A DNA stretch of 64,000 nucleotides, taken from the NCBI GenBank assembly GCA_043228905.1, contig JBHGNT010000003.1, forward strand, positions 14,880,001 to 14,944,000, given 5' to 3'. Position 1 is the first letter of the stretch. Every line of letters begins with the position of its first letter. Made by a program: the position numbers and the translations under genes. This DNA is from Azolla caroliniana (Eukaryota; Plantae; Polypodiophyta). The notes under the pieces are model-generated. The model was not told where the DNA came from and did no database searches. It saw nothing but the letters and a program-made list of their open reading frames with translations. Positions 50,141 to 63,639 of this stretch are shown here, one piece after another.

Positions 50141-51751
50141 ATTTCCAAATCCAATATTGCTACACCACATAACCTTTTGGGAGTAGCCAATATAGCAATG
50201 GGCCTGGTTTCAGCTCAAACCAAACCAAACCGTTAACGTGGCTTAACGGTTTAGTGGTTTGAAGATAAATAAACAATTTGGTTTGGTTTCAAATGTTACT
50301 GTTCAGTTTAGTTCCAGTTCAATTCAGTTTTGAATGTCATGGTTTATCGACTTATCAGTTTTAGTTTATGTGGTTCGATTTAAAGGTTTATAGGTTAAAA
50401 AATACTCCTAAAGTTTCCCTATAGGCTTTAATTATCAACTTTTAATTTTAAACCCTAGTTTTAATTTATTGAATTTTATATGCATTATATGCAAAGTCTC
50501 CTTTTGATTTATGATGATCAAATTTATGATAAGTATGATCACCCCATGAGTTTTTAGCTATAGGTACTTACATTAAATAGTCAGTCCGAAAGGCGATGTA
50601 ACTACTCTCATTTTCTTGAACTTGATCGGAGGGAGATTCCCCAATCTATGTATAAGCCTCCTTGTACAGTCTCTTTGTAATAATCCTTCCTAACTAATGG
50701 AAAAGTAGTTTCATTTTGGAAAAAAAAGAAAAAAAAGTATGATGACCAAATTTATAATGATTTTGTTGAATAGCCTCGAATTATAAATTTGTTGAATTAT
50801 TCGAGGCAACAACATTACTTAGGGAGAAGTTCATCGATTGTGGAGTTCATGTTTACGAACCAAGTTTGGTGAGATGCAAGAAATTTGGAGGATTCATTGG
50901 AATTCTGGTGCAGAAGCTTAAAAGAAAATAACAACTCGTCATGGCTACAACTATAGATTGACACATGCGCGATATTTGTGATATTCTCCATGCGCAATAT
51001 TCTCAATATTCGAGAATACGAAATGGCCCCAAGAATATTAAAAAACCATTTGTTTTACAAAATAAATATAAAATATTTATTTATTTATTTAAATTTATTT
51101 ATTTTACCAAAAAAAGAACAATTATTCATTAATAGATTATAGTATCAAGAGAGTTTATAAAACTTATTTTAATTAATCAATCAATTAATTAATTTTTAAA
51201 AAACGAATATTTTTATATTTATTATACAAATATGATTAGTATGAACTTTGAATATATGATTAGTTTGAAGTACTATTTTTAATGTCAAAATAAAAATATT
51301 TATAAATTTTGAGGGAATAAAAAGTGAGAAATTAATGAGCCTTTATTTTATTTATTTATTAAAAATAAAACGAATACCTATAATTTATACATTTATACAT
51401 TTATTATAAAAATTTTGTAGTGTCAAATCCCCAAGTCCCTCTTTTATTATCCCTATTTATTGTGAAGTTCCTTTTTTTATTATAGGAAATTAAAAAAGAC
51501 AGAGTTTTTTTTTTTTTAGTTAAACGAATACATAACCACCCATTCGTATTCGTATTCGTTTGCATTCGAATGAGAAACCCGACGAATGCAAATATGTCAA
51601 TCTATGGCTACAACCATTGTAATGTTGTTAGCCTATTCAGGTTGGCATGTATGCAAAATTTGACTAATGAAGCATATTTTGTTGTGGAAAAAAACACCAT
51701 GTGTTGCAATTGCAAAGACACTAAAAATGCAAGGAGATTCTGAAAGGACGT

Positions 51752-52476
51752 TGTCGTAGTGTCTTCCACACACTACGTGAAAACCATAAAATAATATAAC
51801 CGATTTAATTAAATATAAATAAATAAAATAAGAATATCAAAATATTTATCACGTGCATAGGGCAAGATTCGAACCTTGTACCTCCACGTAGCAAAACCTC
51901 AACTTTACCATTATACTACCATATCTTTAGTGTTCTACAAATAGATTTAATAACTATAAGTTCTTTATTTGCGCTTACCTTTATTAAAAGGTAAATCATG
52001 CATTTTTAGAGTGAGTGAATATTTTATAGAAAAACGCAAGCAACTAAAAAGTGACTCATGCACATCTAGCGTGCATGAGCACTATATTTAGCAAATAAAA
52101 GCAAGGATTAAAAAAAGCATCGCATGCACATTTAGTGTGCATGAACATATTAGAAAAAAAAGCATGTAGTTATGCATAGTCTCTCCCATCACTATATAAG
52201 GATGGGGAGCACATTGTAGTTATTGTTGATTTTTTTTCTATAATGATCAATCAATCTAAAATATTAGTGGGATTCACGAATTTGCTAAAATAATTCTCTC
52301 TTACTACCTAAATATTGACTAAATATACTAAACTCGTGGGATTCACGAGATTCTTATCTTATAACTCTTTATACCTATTCTTTACTAGCCTTATTTGTAT
52401 TTTTCTTTCTCCTAGTCCAAAACCTCGGCGGTTCCCACCCGACTCACGCAACGATCCGAAGCCAAAAGGCACAACA
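51752..52476 (+). mobile_element. Solo LTR related to family X, TSD ACGT/ACAT
   Basis: Start TGTCGTAGTGTCTTCCACACACTAC resembles 8065 start; end CACAACA (CpG-decayed CACGACA); TATATAA near 52193. Confidence 0.7.
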
Positions 52477-52989
52477 ACATGAGATGCATGCTAAGATTGA
52501 AAGAAAGGGGTTGTTGGAGGAAACATTATTCTTGGATGCCGAATATGACTAAGATTGGCTAGAAAAATAATTTATCTTTACCTAGAAAGATTGGCTACAG
52601 TCATTCAACATGGCTACACAATATTCATTGTAATATTGGATTATCTTGTATCTTGCCTTTGGCCACTTTAATTTTAATACCAATGAAGGATAGTTTTTTA
52701 TGAAAAAAAAAATTATAATGATTTTCTCACACAAATTTATAATAAGTATGATGATCAATTGTTAATAATCAGGTAATTAACTAAGGGTTAATTAGTAACT
52801 AATTATGTGAGTAGTTAAGCAACGGAAGATTATGTGATATGTGTGTGTGTGTGTGACAAGAAGAGAGAGAGGAATATACACTTATGAACAATAATGTAAA
52901 TGGGGGATGATTAACAAGAGTGTAGGTAAAGACCTTTCCTCTATATTAATTAGCGTCATCAAATACAAAAATACCCACAATGAGGTATA

Positions 52990-53313
52990 GAGTAACCATT
53001 CGGTTAAGTGTGTGCCCACTTAAGTGCACCATTCTATTAAGTGTGCTTTCTATAGAGGTCAAAATCCAGATAAAAAAATTTACATTCATGATGAAATTAC
53101 ATCAAACGAAATTAAAACTATGTTCCAAACATTCAAAAAAACAATAAAAGAAATGAGTTTCTAACAAAATAAATAAATTTAAAAGAATTTGTTACGTGAT
53201 GGTGGGTGGGGTCTCCTAGAAATGCACAAAGAGAAATGCAAGGAAAAAAAGAACCAAATTTTGGAATTGGTCTCTCCAATCGTAGTGTGCGTGTGCGTGT
53301 GCGTGTTATGTGT

Positions 53314-53346
<33 letters not shown>

Positions 53347-54071
53347 TTCTGTGAGTCGGTAATTTTTTATTCTCCTTAAAGAAAATAAACTTTCCTACTT
53401 AACCCAATTATCTTTTTCCTTTTCCTTTTCCTTATTCATTCATTCTTAATTATGTTTCTTTCTTTCTATCCCTCCCTCACTTTCTTAATTTTCTTTCTTT
53501 CTCTCCATCTCTCCTCCCACCGTCGCCGCTGCCACCACCTTCGTTCATTCTTAATTTTCTCCTTCTTTCTTTCTCTCCCTCCCTCCCTCCCTCCTCCCTC
53601 TCTTTCTCTTTTTGTGCATCTCGTTTATTTTCTTTCTGTTCCAGCCTATGCTTTCTCCGTTGCTCCTCCTCTCTCTTTTCCGGTCTCCTCCATCTCCATT
53701 TGTACTATGATTCCCCAAACCTCCTGCCACTAGGAAGAGAATGCAAGGAAAAATCTCATCATATCCAAGGAAGTTCATTAGGTAGGCCTAACAAAAAGGC
53801 AAAAACTCAAGGTAATATGGAATCGGGAAAAAGTGATATCCAACAAGCGTATGTTGAAACCATAAACATTTCAGGTCAATTATATCACATTAATCGATCA
53901 CTTTTCTAATGAAGAAACATATGATACGAACATAGAAGGAAAAAATTTCAAGAAACCTTAAAAAAATTCAAAAAGCCCCCAAAATTTTCAGAATACCCCT
54001 AAATGTGCAGCTCGGTTAAGTGCGCACTTCACCCATGCATTCAAAGTGCGAACTTAACCGAATGGTTATTG
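52990..54071. mobile_element. Tc1/mariner-like non-autonomous element
   Basis: Inverted TAACCATTCGGTTAAGT termini, TA on both sides. Confidence 0.6.
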
Positions 54072-54085
54072 TATATACATCTCAT

Positions 54086-57000
54086 GTGCAAAGGTGCACA
54101 TGTGTGAGTAGAATATAGGTACAAACGTGTAAGTCTTATAGTAAATGAACATGGGAGTGGAGGATCTACAATGTATCTCACTCAAGTACAAAATCGTATT
54201 TAAGGCTTTAAGGTCAACACAATAACTAGATTCTATCTAGCTAACTACTACGTTACGCATGTTGACACACTAACTAAATCTAGTTGAGCTTGGTATCTCA
54301 ACATGCCCCCTCAAGCTTATGTGTGAGGCATCTGACATCCGGTTTGGCTTTCGGCGTTGTCCGGCTTTCGATGTCGGCTTCTATTCGACTTTCGGCGGCG
54401 TTGGTGACAGTATTTTCATGGCATGTTCGGTTCCTCCCCCTCAAGCCTGTGACGAAGGCTTGTAGCATTAGAGGGTCGAAGGTTGAGTGCTTCCATCTAT
54501 CGCAAGTCATGAGCCACTACAATAGAGCTCTCAGGCTCTTGTTCGACTGCTACCTTCATCACGAAGGCATAATTATGGGCCATATACTCATTGCAGTCGA
54601 GCCGAGTGATGTGATTCTTCTCTCTAGATGAGTGTCGAAGTTTTTCTCTTGCCGGTGTGAGCGCCTTCTTTACTCCGGGTGTACGCATGATGGGTACACC
54701 AAACTCACTGTCTAGTGAGGGAGCCGACACGTCCGAATCACTGTCGTCGGGGTGGTCGACTACATATTCGGGCATCTTACCTTTGCCTTTGTCCAAGTTT
54801 GGACTTGAAAGTGACCAAAATAGGCTCATGTGGGCCACATAGCTCGGTATAGCTTGGATTGTCCTTTGGTGAAGGACTTGGCCGAATATCGTCCTCCGAG
54901 TTGACATTCAACTCTTCCTCGGTCGGGTCGGATGGAGCCGAATCAAGCTTATACCAAGATGTCGATTCATCGAAGACTACGTCTCGACTCACCCGAACCG
55001 CTCGGGTCGAAGGGTTATAGCACTTGTATGCCTTATTCTCGGACGAGTATCCTACGAGGATACATTTCTCCGACGTCGCGTTGGGCTTCTACCGGTTTTC
55101 GTTCGGGATGTGTACATTCGCAATGCTTCCGAACACCTTGAGGTGCGACATGATCGCCTTCCTTCCGACAAGGAGCTCGTATGGAGTTAGCTCATGTACT
55201 CCATTAGTGGTGCATCTATTCATGAGATAGACGGTAGTGGATGCCGCTTCGGCCCAATAGAAGTTTGGCATGTGCTTTGCATACATCATGGTGCGTGCTA
55301 CCTCGAGTATGTACCGATTCGTCCTTTTGACAACTCCATTTTATTGGGGTGTGTGTTGGCATGAGAATCCTCTCCGAATGCCTTCACCTTGGAGGTAGGA
55401 GATTAATTCGTTGGAAAAGTACTCCTTGCCTCCATCCAATCGTAGGCATCGAATGTGCCGACCAGTTTCTTTTTCGACTTGGCCCTTGACCTTTTGGAAG
55501 TGGGAGAACACTTCGCTCTTCTTCTTCATCGAAAAGATCCACATGTAGCGGGAGTAGTCGTCGATGAAGGTGATGTAGTACCAGCATCTGCCGATCGTCG
55601 ACATTTGAACTATTCCCCATACATCTGAGTGTATGACATCGAGGAGGCCTTTGTTTACGTAGCTCTCCTTCAGGAATGGGAGTCGATGTTGTTTGCCAAG
55701 TTGACATGCTTCACATACTCGGTTGACTTGTTTCGACTCGAATGTCGGAAGTCCAATGATGACTCCCTTTGATTGCATCACTTGGAGCCGTTGGAGGTTG
55801 ATGTGGCCGATTCTCTTGTGCCACAACTCGATGCTTGTCTCAGATTTGAGACATTTGGCATACATGGCCGATTTCACCTCGTTCGAATCAAGAATGAACA
55901 TTCCACCATCTCTCCGTCCTCTAGTTATGAGTCAGCCATCTTTCTCAATGAAGCATCCTTCGTTGTTGAAACGAACTTGCATGCCTTGCTCCACAATTTG
56001 GCCTACCGAGACCAAATTCTTTGTTATGGTCGGAACGTGCAAGACATTCTTGATGCAATTGTTTTGGCCGTTGTTACCGAATGGAACGTTGCCGATGTGC
56101 CGAATGGGATGTGTGGTGTCGTCTCCCATCTCTACGAAGCCAGGTCGATCCGGCATTCTTAAGTCACGAAACCACCCTTGGTGTGACGTCATATGATGTG
56201 AGGCACCAGAGTCGACGAACCACACCTCTTCCGAGTTGGAGGTACTTGTGGAGTCAGAGGCCGTCATAGAGTTCGCTCTATGTCTCATTACGAATAGCCC
56301 ACCATAGTCATCGTATTCGAAGTTGGTGGCATTATTTGTGAGTTGTCGGCTTGTCGAAGCCGACTCACTTCTCTTCTTCTAACACTCCTTCCGAGAAAGT
56401 GAGATTCGTTTATACCTTTCTTGATAGGGAGGAGTTGTACGCCGATTCTATCATGATCCTCATGAAATGAGTACTTTTTATCGGAATCGTTGAAAACTCC
56501 TGAAAGAATCGGGACGTGACTCATATCGCGTACAACATGAATAGAGTTGTCTATAGTGGTGACCAATTTTGCCACAATAGTTGCAAGTAATGGGCCATGT
56601 TTGCTGACCTTGTTCGGCATGGAAGCTCCCCCTTCTTCCGAAGGTTCCTTGATAGCTTCTGTCTTGTTGTTGACAGTTTGAGCTCCCTTCGTTCGATGGG
56701 TCGAATCGACCTCTTCTACCGCCTCAACCTCGTCCTCGGCCACCATCTGAATTCGAGAAGAACACTTGCCCTTCCAAAGTCTTGGTCTTGGTTCAAACGT
56801 GGTTTTCTTCAACCAATAGCATTGATTGAAGGTTGAAGAACACAGGAGGGTTTTCCCTCGCCAAGATTGTCGTCCTCAACGAGTCGAATCATTGTGTGAG
56901 GCTGCCCAAGCATACTTGAACCATCTCATCTTTGTTGATGTTTATGTTGATGGAGCCAAGTGAGTCGCAAATGCTCTTAATCTTGGCGGTGTAGTCCGAC

Positions 57001-57230
57001 ACAAACATATCTTTTTGTCATATGTTGTTCAACTCTTGCCGAAGTTGACGCTTGCATGCTGTCGTATTGGCGGCAAAAATCTTCTTCAGATTCTCCCACG
57101 CCTCTTTAGGCATATTGGTGTCTCGAATGTGGCTAAGCATGTGATTGTGGGCACATGTTGCCAAGCAATACATGACTCGACTCGCCGCTTGCTCCCATGT
57201 TGAGTAGTCAACGTTCTTTGGGTCGGGTCA
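54086..57230 (-). mobile_element. Copia element with gag, protease and integrase but no RT/RNase H; PPT and 3' LTR at about 54086-54313
   Basis: WFVDSGASHHMT, LWHKRIGH, CEACQLGKQ, FIDDYSR, RDVVFDE, QEPES then directly the 3' end; GAGGGGGCA then TGTTGAG at 54303; left LTR boundary approximate. Confidence 0.85.
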
Positions 57231-57249
57231 GATAAAGCTTAATTGGACT

Positions 57250-58070
57250 TATACCAAGATGCTAATTCCTCGAAGACTACGTCTCGACTCACCCGAACCA
57301 CTCGGGTCGAAGGGTTATAGCACTTGTATGCCTTCTTCTCGGATGAGTATCCTACAAGGATACATTCTACCTTTGCCTTTGTCCAAGTTCGGACTTGGCC
57401 GCAACGTGCTTTGGTCGCGTGAAGGCTCATGTGGGCCAGTTAGCTTGGTAGAGCTTGGATTGGTCTTTGGTGAAGGACTTGGCCGAGTATCATCCTCCCA
57501 GTTGACGTTCAACTCTTCCTCGGTCGGGTCCGATGGAAGCACTCGGCCTTTGACCGTCTAACGCAACAAGCCTTTGTCATAGGCTTGAGGGGGAGTGTAA
57601 AAAGGTATTGTGCTGAAGCTAAGATAAAACCGGCTAGTTCGGATAACAACAAAACACAGAACGAAGGTTTAATGGAAAGCTTGAATACACAGGAGAGACA
57701 AAGAGAGCAGAACAATAAACTCAATTCAAAATAATAACACTTTGTACATACAAATGTCCTACAAAACACTTTTTATACAAGTCCTTAAAAGTATTGGCAA
57801 GTACTTCAATGCTCATACGAGGGACTAACACTAACTCCAAGGAATATGCCTATGTACTAGGCTCAGACCGTAGGCTCCAACGGCCTACCGATTCTCACTA
57901 TTCTGGAGTATGATCCGGTTCTCCGATCCGGATCCGGTTGAGCTTGCCCGCTCAACAAGGAGGAATCGAACCTGCCATGAAAATGCTGACACTGACGCCG
58001 CCGAAAGCCGAACAGAAGCCGACATCGAAAGCCAGACAACGTCGAAAGCCAAACCGGATGTCGAACGCCA
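57250..58070. mobile_element. Rearranged fragments of the same Copia family (minus 57250-57535 joined to plus 57531-58070)
   Basis: Homologous to 54780-55070 in direct orientation and to 54330-54495 in inverted orientation. Confidence 0.7.
57596..57957 (-). mobile_element. Solo Copia-type LTR, TSD GGGAG/AGGAG
   Basis: TG...CA ends; host sequence is contiguous in the 54430 copy. Confidence 0.7.
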
Positions 58071-58305
58071 TGCACTTGAGCTTGATATCTGAACATCAAT
58101 ATCTGTCAAAAATGGTTTGGTTTGGTTTGGTTCTAAATTTTCCTTAAACAGTTTGGTTTCTCCTATTTTTTAAATGGTTTGGCTCCAAATGGTTCGATTT
58201 CAATGGCTTCATAAATTTTAAACAGTTTGGTTCAGTTTTTACTATGAATAAATGGTTTGGTTTGGTTTCAAGGCCAAGAAACCGAACTGAACCAGGCCCA
58301 TTGTT

Positions 58306-59987
58306 AGCCAAATGGTCCCATGAAATCCATGTAACTCCCATCATTTCTCCCTTCCGCAACAACATGAACCGAATAGGTTATAACATGTTTTGTAATGCCT
58401 TCTTAGTCCAAGGTAGTAATGATAAAAAATATAATAACATGGGTATCAAGATACATTGCACCACTTTGAGTCATACATGAAAGGGCCATAATTGAGACTT
58501 CCAATACATAACTTTGTCCTTCAATTTACTACCAATCCAATCAATCAATTGAACATTTGCAACATCAACACCAAATGGATAGTTAACCCAAATGTCGATA
58601 AATTGATCCTCATGTAATCACCGACCTTCGTCATCCCAAACATTCCAAATCACTCTCCGTACAAGAAATAAGACGAGACTTCCTCCAATTTATATACAAC
58701 CTTGAAGCCAAAGCAAATTGATCCCAAACTTGCATACTCCTTTCAAGATTTTCTTTTGAGGCTTGTAAAAACATAAAAGAACCATCAACCAATGCTTGTG
58801 CCACCAATTGTCAACTTAAAGGACGATGCAAACCCACAATACCACCATTGGTCGTAAGATTTGACAACATTACTAACAAAGGATGTGTAACAATAGCAAA
58901 TAACAATGGGCTTAATAGACATCCTTGATGCACGGATCTAGTAAGAAACAATTTCGGAGTAACTCCACCACTAAGCATTACACGTGATGTTGCATTTTGC
59001 CCTAACAAAAAGATAAGTTGACACGTACGATGATCAAACCCCATATTGTAAATCACACATGAGAGGAAAGACCAATTAACATGATCATATGCTTTTTCCA
59101 AATCTAATTGCACCATAACCATTTCTTGATGGGTATGTCAAGCATAATCGGTAGCCATTTGAACATTCAATACATTATGCAATATATTTCTACCTACGAT
59201 AAAACCATATTGATGTAGATGAATAAATTGATGTAAGAAATTCTTAAGTCTATTTGATAATGTCTTTGCAAACACTTTCTACAACCCTCCCATCAATGAA
59301 ATAGGCCTCTATTGATGAAATGACTCCGGAGATATTACCTTTGGTATCAATTTGATTAGGCCCACCTTCCAACTCTTAGGCATGAAACCATAATCCCAAC
59401 ATTGTTGAAACATTTGTGTGAATAGACTCTTAAGCATGCATTGCCAAGCATACTTCTTCAAAACTTCATTTAAGCATGAATAAATTGATGTAAGAAATTT
59501 GTAAGTTTGTTTGTTAATGTCTTTGCAAACACTTTGTACAACCCCCCATCAATGAAATAAGCCTCCATTGATGAAATGACTCTGGAGATGTTACCTTTGA
59601 TATCAATTTGATTAGGCCCACCTTCCAGCTCTTAGGCATGAAATGAGAATCCCAACATTTGTGTGAATGGACCCTTAAGCATGCAAGCATACTTCTTCAA
59701 AACGTCATTTATAATACCATTCCAACCAGGGCTTTTACCATTTGGAAGGTGTAACAATACCTTTTACACTTGAGCTTCTTCAAAATCAACATTCAATTCT
59801 TGACAAATATTTGTATTGACGACACAACCAATTACATTATAAAACTCTTGTCATGCTTTCAACACATCCTCATTGATAATCAACTTTAACCCAATCAAAT
59901 TCTTAAAATGAGAAATACATAACTCAATAACCTTGATTAGGTCTACAACAATGTCATCCCCTATCTTTATTTGTACCACATTTGGAA

Positions 59988-59990
<3 letters not shown>
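58306..59990 (-). pseudogene. L1 LINE ORF2 RT region, decayed; continues at 50141-50192
   Basis: KSPGWNG, IKLIPK, RPISL, QYGF, LDLEKAYDHVNW, QGCLLSPLLF; internal ~250 bp tandem duplication at 59220-59710. Confidence 0.85.
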
Positions 59991-60067
<77 letters not shown>

Positions 60068-60525
60068 CCCTTTTTCTACATGTCTAAGGGATTGCAATTA
60101 TCCCTAGACCATAACATGGATTTGTAATACTTCACAATGTCCGAAAAATAACATGAAAGGGGACCATTGTCTCCTCGTCACATAAGCCCAAAAGGGACAT
60201 ATAAAAGATATATAATTCACCTCTTAGGCCATTGCATATTGGCAATATTGTGGCGAAGATCATGAGTTGCCAAGGACCAACTTTGAACACTTGGTAGAAA
60301 ACTTGTGAAGTAAGGATGAACAATTGCATGTAACTCGAGTCACACTTAGAAGAATATATTGGAATGTGTTGATGGCATGGGTACACACTCAAACCTTCCC
60401 AAAAGTTTGATTTGCATATTTGAGAAGTGAACACTTTTTGTAACTCTAAGGTAATATGTGGCGATGAATTATCAAGTGTTGGGCATATCCACTCAAGTGG
60501 AGCCCATGACACAGAGCCAAAGGGT

Positions 60526-60652
60526 TGATTGAGAATCGGTTGCGTGTTAGCAGTCAACTAAGCATACAGCCGATTGAGAGTCGATTGGGTGCCGAATCGG
60601 CTCAGGCCCAAAAAGGGGAAAAGTTATAATTATGTATGATTATATTTATATA

Positions 60653-60690
<38 letters not shown>

Positions 60691-61619
60691 CCCTTTTTCT
60701 TTTGTATGTGTTTTGGGTGTGTGTCTTTTTGTGTGTGTGTGTGTGAACACATGTACATAGACGTTGGACAACAAGGAGAAAAACATAAAAAGGAGAAGGG
60801 GGAAACAGAGCGCGATCTGATTTTTTTTTGAGAGAACACAGAGCAAAACAGAAACAGAGAGAAAAAACAGAAAATAGAGAAGAAAACAGAGAAGGAAAGA
60901 GTGAGGAGTTGGTCATGTTGACAGAGAACCACGACTGTGCAACACCTCTCCTATCTACTCGCATCAGGCTACTTCGTTTCATGTTGTTTAAACTTGTTTC
61001 CTATTTTCCTGGTTTTTCTATCCACCCAGTTGGGTGAAGAATAGTAAGGTTATTTGCTTGGTTTATCCACCCAATTAGGTGAGGATTGTAGCCAAGGTTG
61101 TTGCCTTGAAGCTAATATATTTCCTCTAGACAAAAACCTAGAGAGACTAGCACATTCCTTGTGCTTATTGTTGTTGGTTTATCCACCCGATCGCATGACG
61201 ATTGTAGCCAACATTGTTGCCTTGAGCTAGCACATTCCTTGTGCTTATTGTTGGTGTATCCACCCAATCGGGTGAAGATTGTAGCCAAGGCTGTTGCCTT
61301 GAGGCTAGGACATTTCTCTAGTCAAAACCTAGAGAAGTCGTACTTAGTTTGTAATCTTTGTTATTCTATCCACCCGATTGGGTGAAGGTTGTAACCAAGG
61401 TCATTGCCTTGAGGTAGATACACTCTTCTAGTGAGGCCGTATTCCATTGTACTCAAAATTATAGCGAAGTTGTTTGGAACCTACGGTTCACGTGGTTTTT
61501 CCCTACTTTGGGTTTTCCACGTTAAAAATTTTGGTGTACTCTCATTTTTGTCTTGTGGTTTTATCAAGTGTTCATTGTGTTTGAAGTATCATCCCGATTC
61601 AGTCTCCATATTCCCAACA
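60526..61619 (+). mobile_element. Probable Copia solo LTR (left boundary uncertain)
   Basis: GTGGTTTTTCC...GGGTTTTCCACGT U5 motif, ends CCCAACA; internal TATCCACCC...GGGTGAAGATTGTAGCC repeats. Confidence 0.55.
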
Positions 61620-63407
61620 TCAAGCTAATCGTTGGGACGTTCGAGTGATGATGATCCATGAGATAGTGACCCTATGAGGACAAGTAAGTTAGCTGAGGGT
61701 CGAATTAAAGGAGGTAATGCACACAATTAGAGAAGGGAAAGTGCAAACAAAAGAGGAAATCACGACAAGTGAATCATGGAAAGATTTTCTCGCACAAAAT
61801 GTAATGTAATACAATATAGTAACCATGGTGATTGGCTAAATTAGACTAATCTAGATTGGGACTTTTGATAGGATAACAAGGAAAACTAGGGAAAGAATAA
61901 AAAATTGGGCTAAAGATCTAAAGACAAACAATGCGCCTCATTGTGAGATGTATGTTTGAAGAGCAGACAATCACAATGAGTTAGTTAGAGATCTAATAAG
62001 CTACCATGCAATTAATGAGTATTCACATTCTTAATGACTATGGTATTCGTCTCACTCACAATAATTGATAACATTATTCTCTACTAGCATGTGGAGGATA
62101 AAATATATAAGTTAATCCTCATCAGCCAAACTGGGTTGTAAATTGTAGCCTTTTCTCATTAATATAAGTCTCTTTCTCTCACACAAATATCGGGCAACAA
62201 ACGTCTTATTGTGATCCAAGGTTATTGCAAGATTGAGATAAGTTTAGTCATATTATTATGTAGTTAATTATGTTAACAATAGTGACTATATGCCTACATT
62301 TGCGGAGTAAGACACTAACGAGAACAAAAAACGTTGTGGTCGAAGGTACAAAAAGGGGGAGTATGCATCTTTTTAAATGCGAGCCTTCTTATTGGGCCAT
62401 TACGTTTTCTTCTCGTCCTCCAAATACATCGGATAATATAAGGGAAAAGGTAAAGTTTTAGAAAGGCTTCAGTAAAGAAGCAATAAAGAAGAAGTCCCAT
62501 GGTTTTCCCCTCCTACTGAGAAGAGAAGAAACCCTAGGAAGGATATTAAGATTCGAGATCTTTACAATTACGAGGGGACATGTTCCCATCTTCTCTTTCT
62601 CTTCTAACCAAATTTGGAATTTGGAGTGGGCTGCATGAGAACACAAAGTTCTCCAAGCACACACACATATTTACATTTATTTGTGGAGGTGTATCATGTT
62701 ACAACTTACATGCATAGTACATAAAATTCGTGTTCGTCTAGCATAACATTCGTTTTCCTACGTTGGAAAACGAATGCGAATGTTATTCAAACATTCTTGT
62801 GTTTTTTTTTCTTTCTTTCTTTTACACCCATTCTTTAATGTTTTTTTTTTCATTTTTAGGCTTATTTACCTCATAATAAGTTATAACTAGTTAATCCAAA
62901 AGTATGGTATTGATCATTCTTTAAGGGTGTTTTTCTTAAGCGAATGATTGAAACAGTCGCGAATGCGAGTATGGTACGTATGGTTCATACATGTAAGTTA
63001 CATGTATGTATGTATGTTTGTACATACATATTGTGTGCTAGAAGAACTTGGAAAACCTTATGTTTTGTATGGGTGTTTTTCAAAAACCAAAGGTTTTCAA
63101 AGTTGTGAAGGCCTAGAGGTGTGTAGTTATGGAGAACTTTGAACCTATATTAGGGTTAGGGTTTGTATTTTGAGAGCAGCCAAATTTAATCACCTCCCAC
63201 TTCTTCTTCCTTTTCTTCTTCTTCTGCTCTCTCTCTCTCTCTGATTAGGACTCTTCTTCTTCTCACTCCTCCTCCTCCTCCTCCTCCTCTTCGCCTTCTT
63301 TACAGCATCTGTCTTGTATTTATGGATATCTTTTTGCTGCAGTATCAAGGATCTATTGAGCTAGGAGAAGAGATACGTGGTTTTCTTTAATATGAATAAA
63401 TTGGAAG

Positions 63408-63565
63408 ATGAACTTGTGTATCTCTTCTCCCATCTCAAGAGATCCTACTGAGCTGGGTTTTTTCTGCCTCTCACAATATCGTGGAAGAATACTAGCAAGA
63501 TATGTGGGTGATCTATGTGCTGCTTCTGCAAAAAGTGTTTTCATTGATGCAGGGTTTTACGTCAG
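63408..63565 (+). CDS. Possible first coding exon of an unidentified host gene
   Basis: Upstream telo-box (TTAGGGTTAGGGTTT ~63150) and CT-rich leader, ATG, open frame to an AG/GTATAA donor-like site; no recognisable domain. Confidence 0.3.
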
Positions 63566-63604
63566 GTATAATATGCACTCCATATCTATTCAATGCATAT
63601 CTAT

Positions 63605-63639
<35 letters not shown>

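Larger units (their letters stand above)
50193..58305. mobile_element. hAT-like non-autonomous element inserted into an L1 LINE, carrying nested TEs
   Basis: TIR CAATGGGCCTGGTT at both ends, AAACC-rich subterminal repeats, flanks AGCCAATA/AGCCAAAT; removal restores L1 peptide ISWDHLA-TPKRLCGVAILDLE. Confidence 0.75.
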
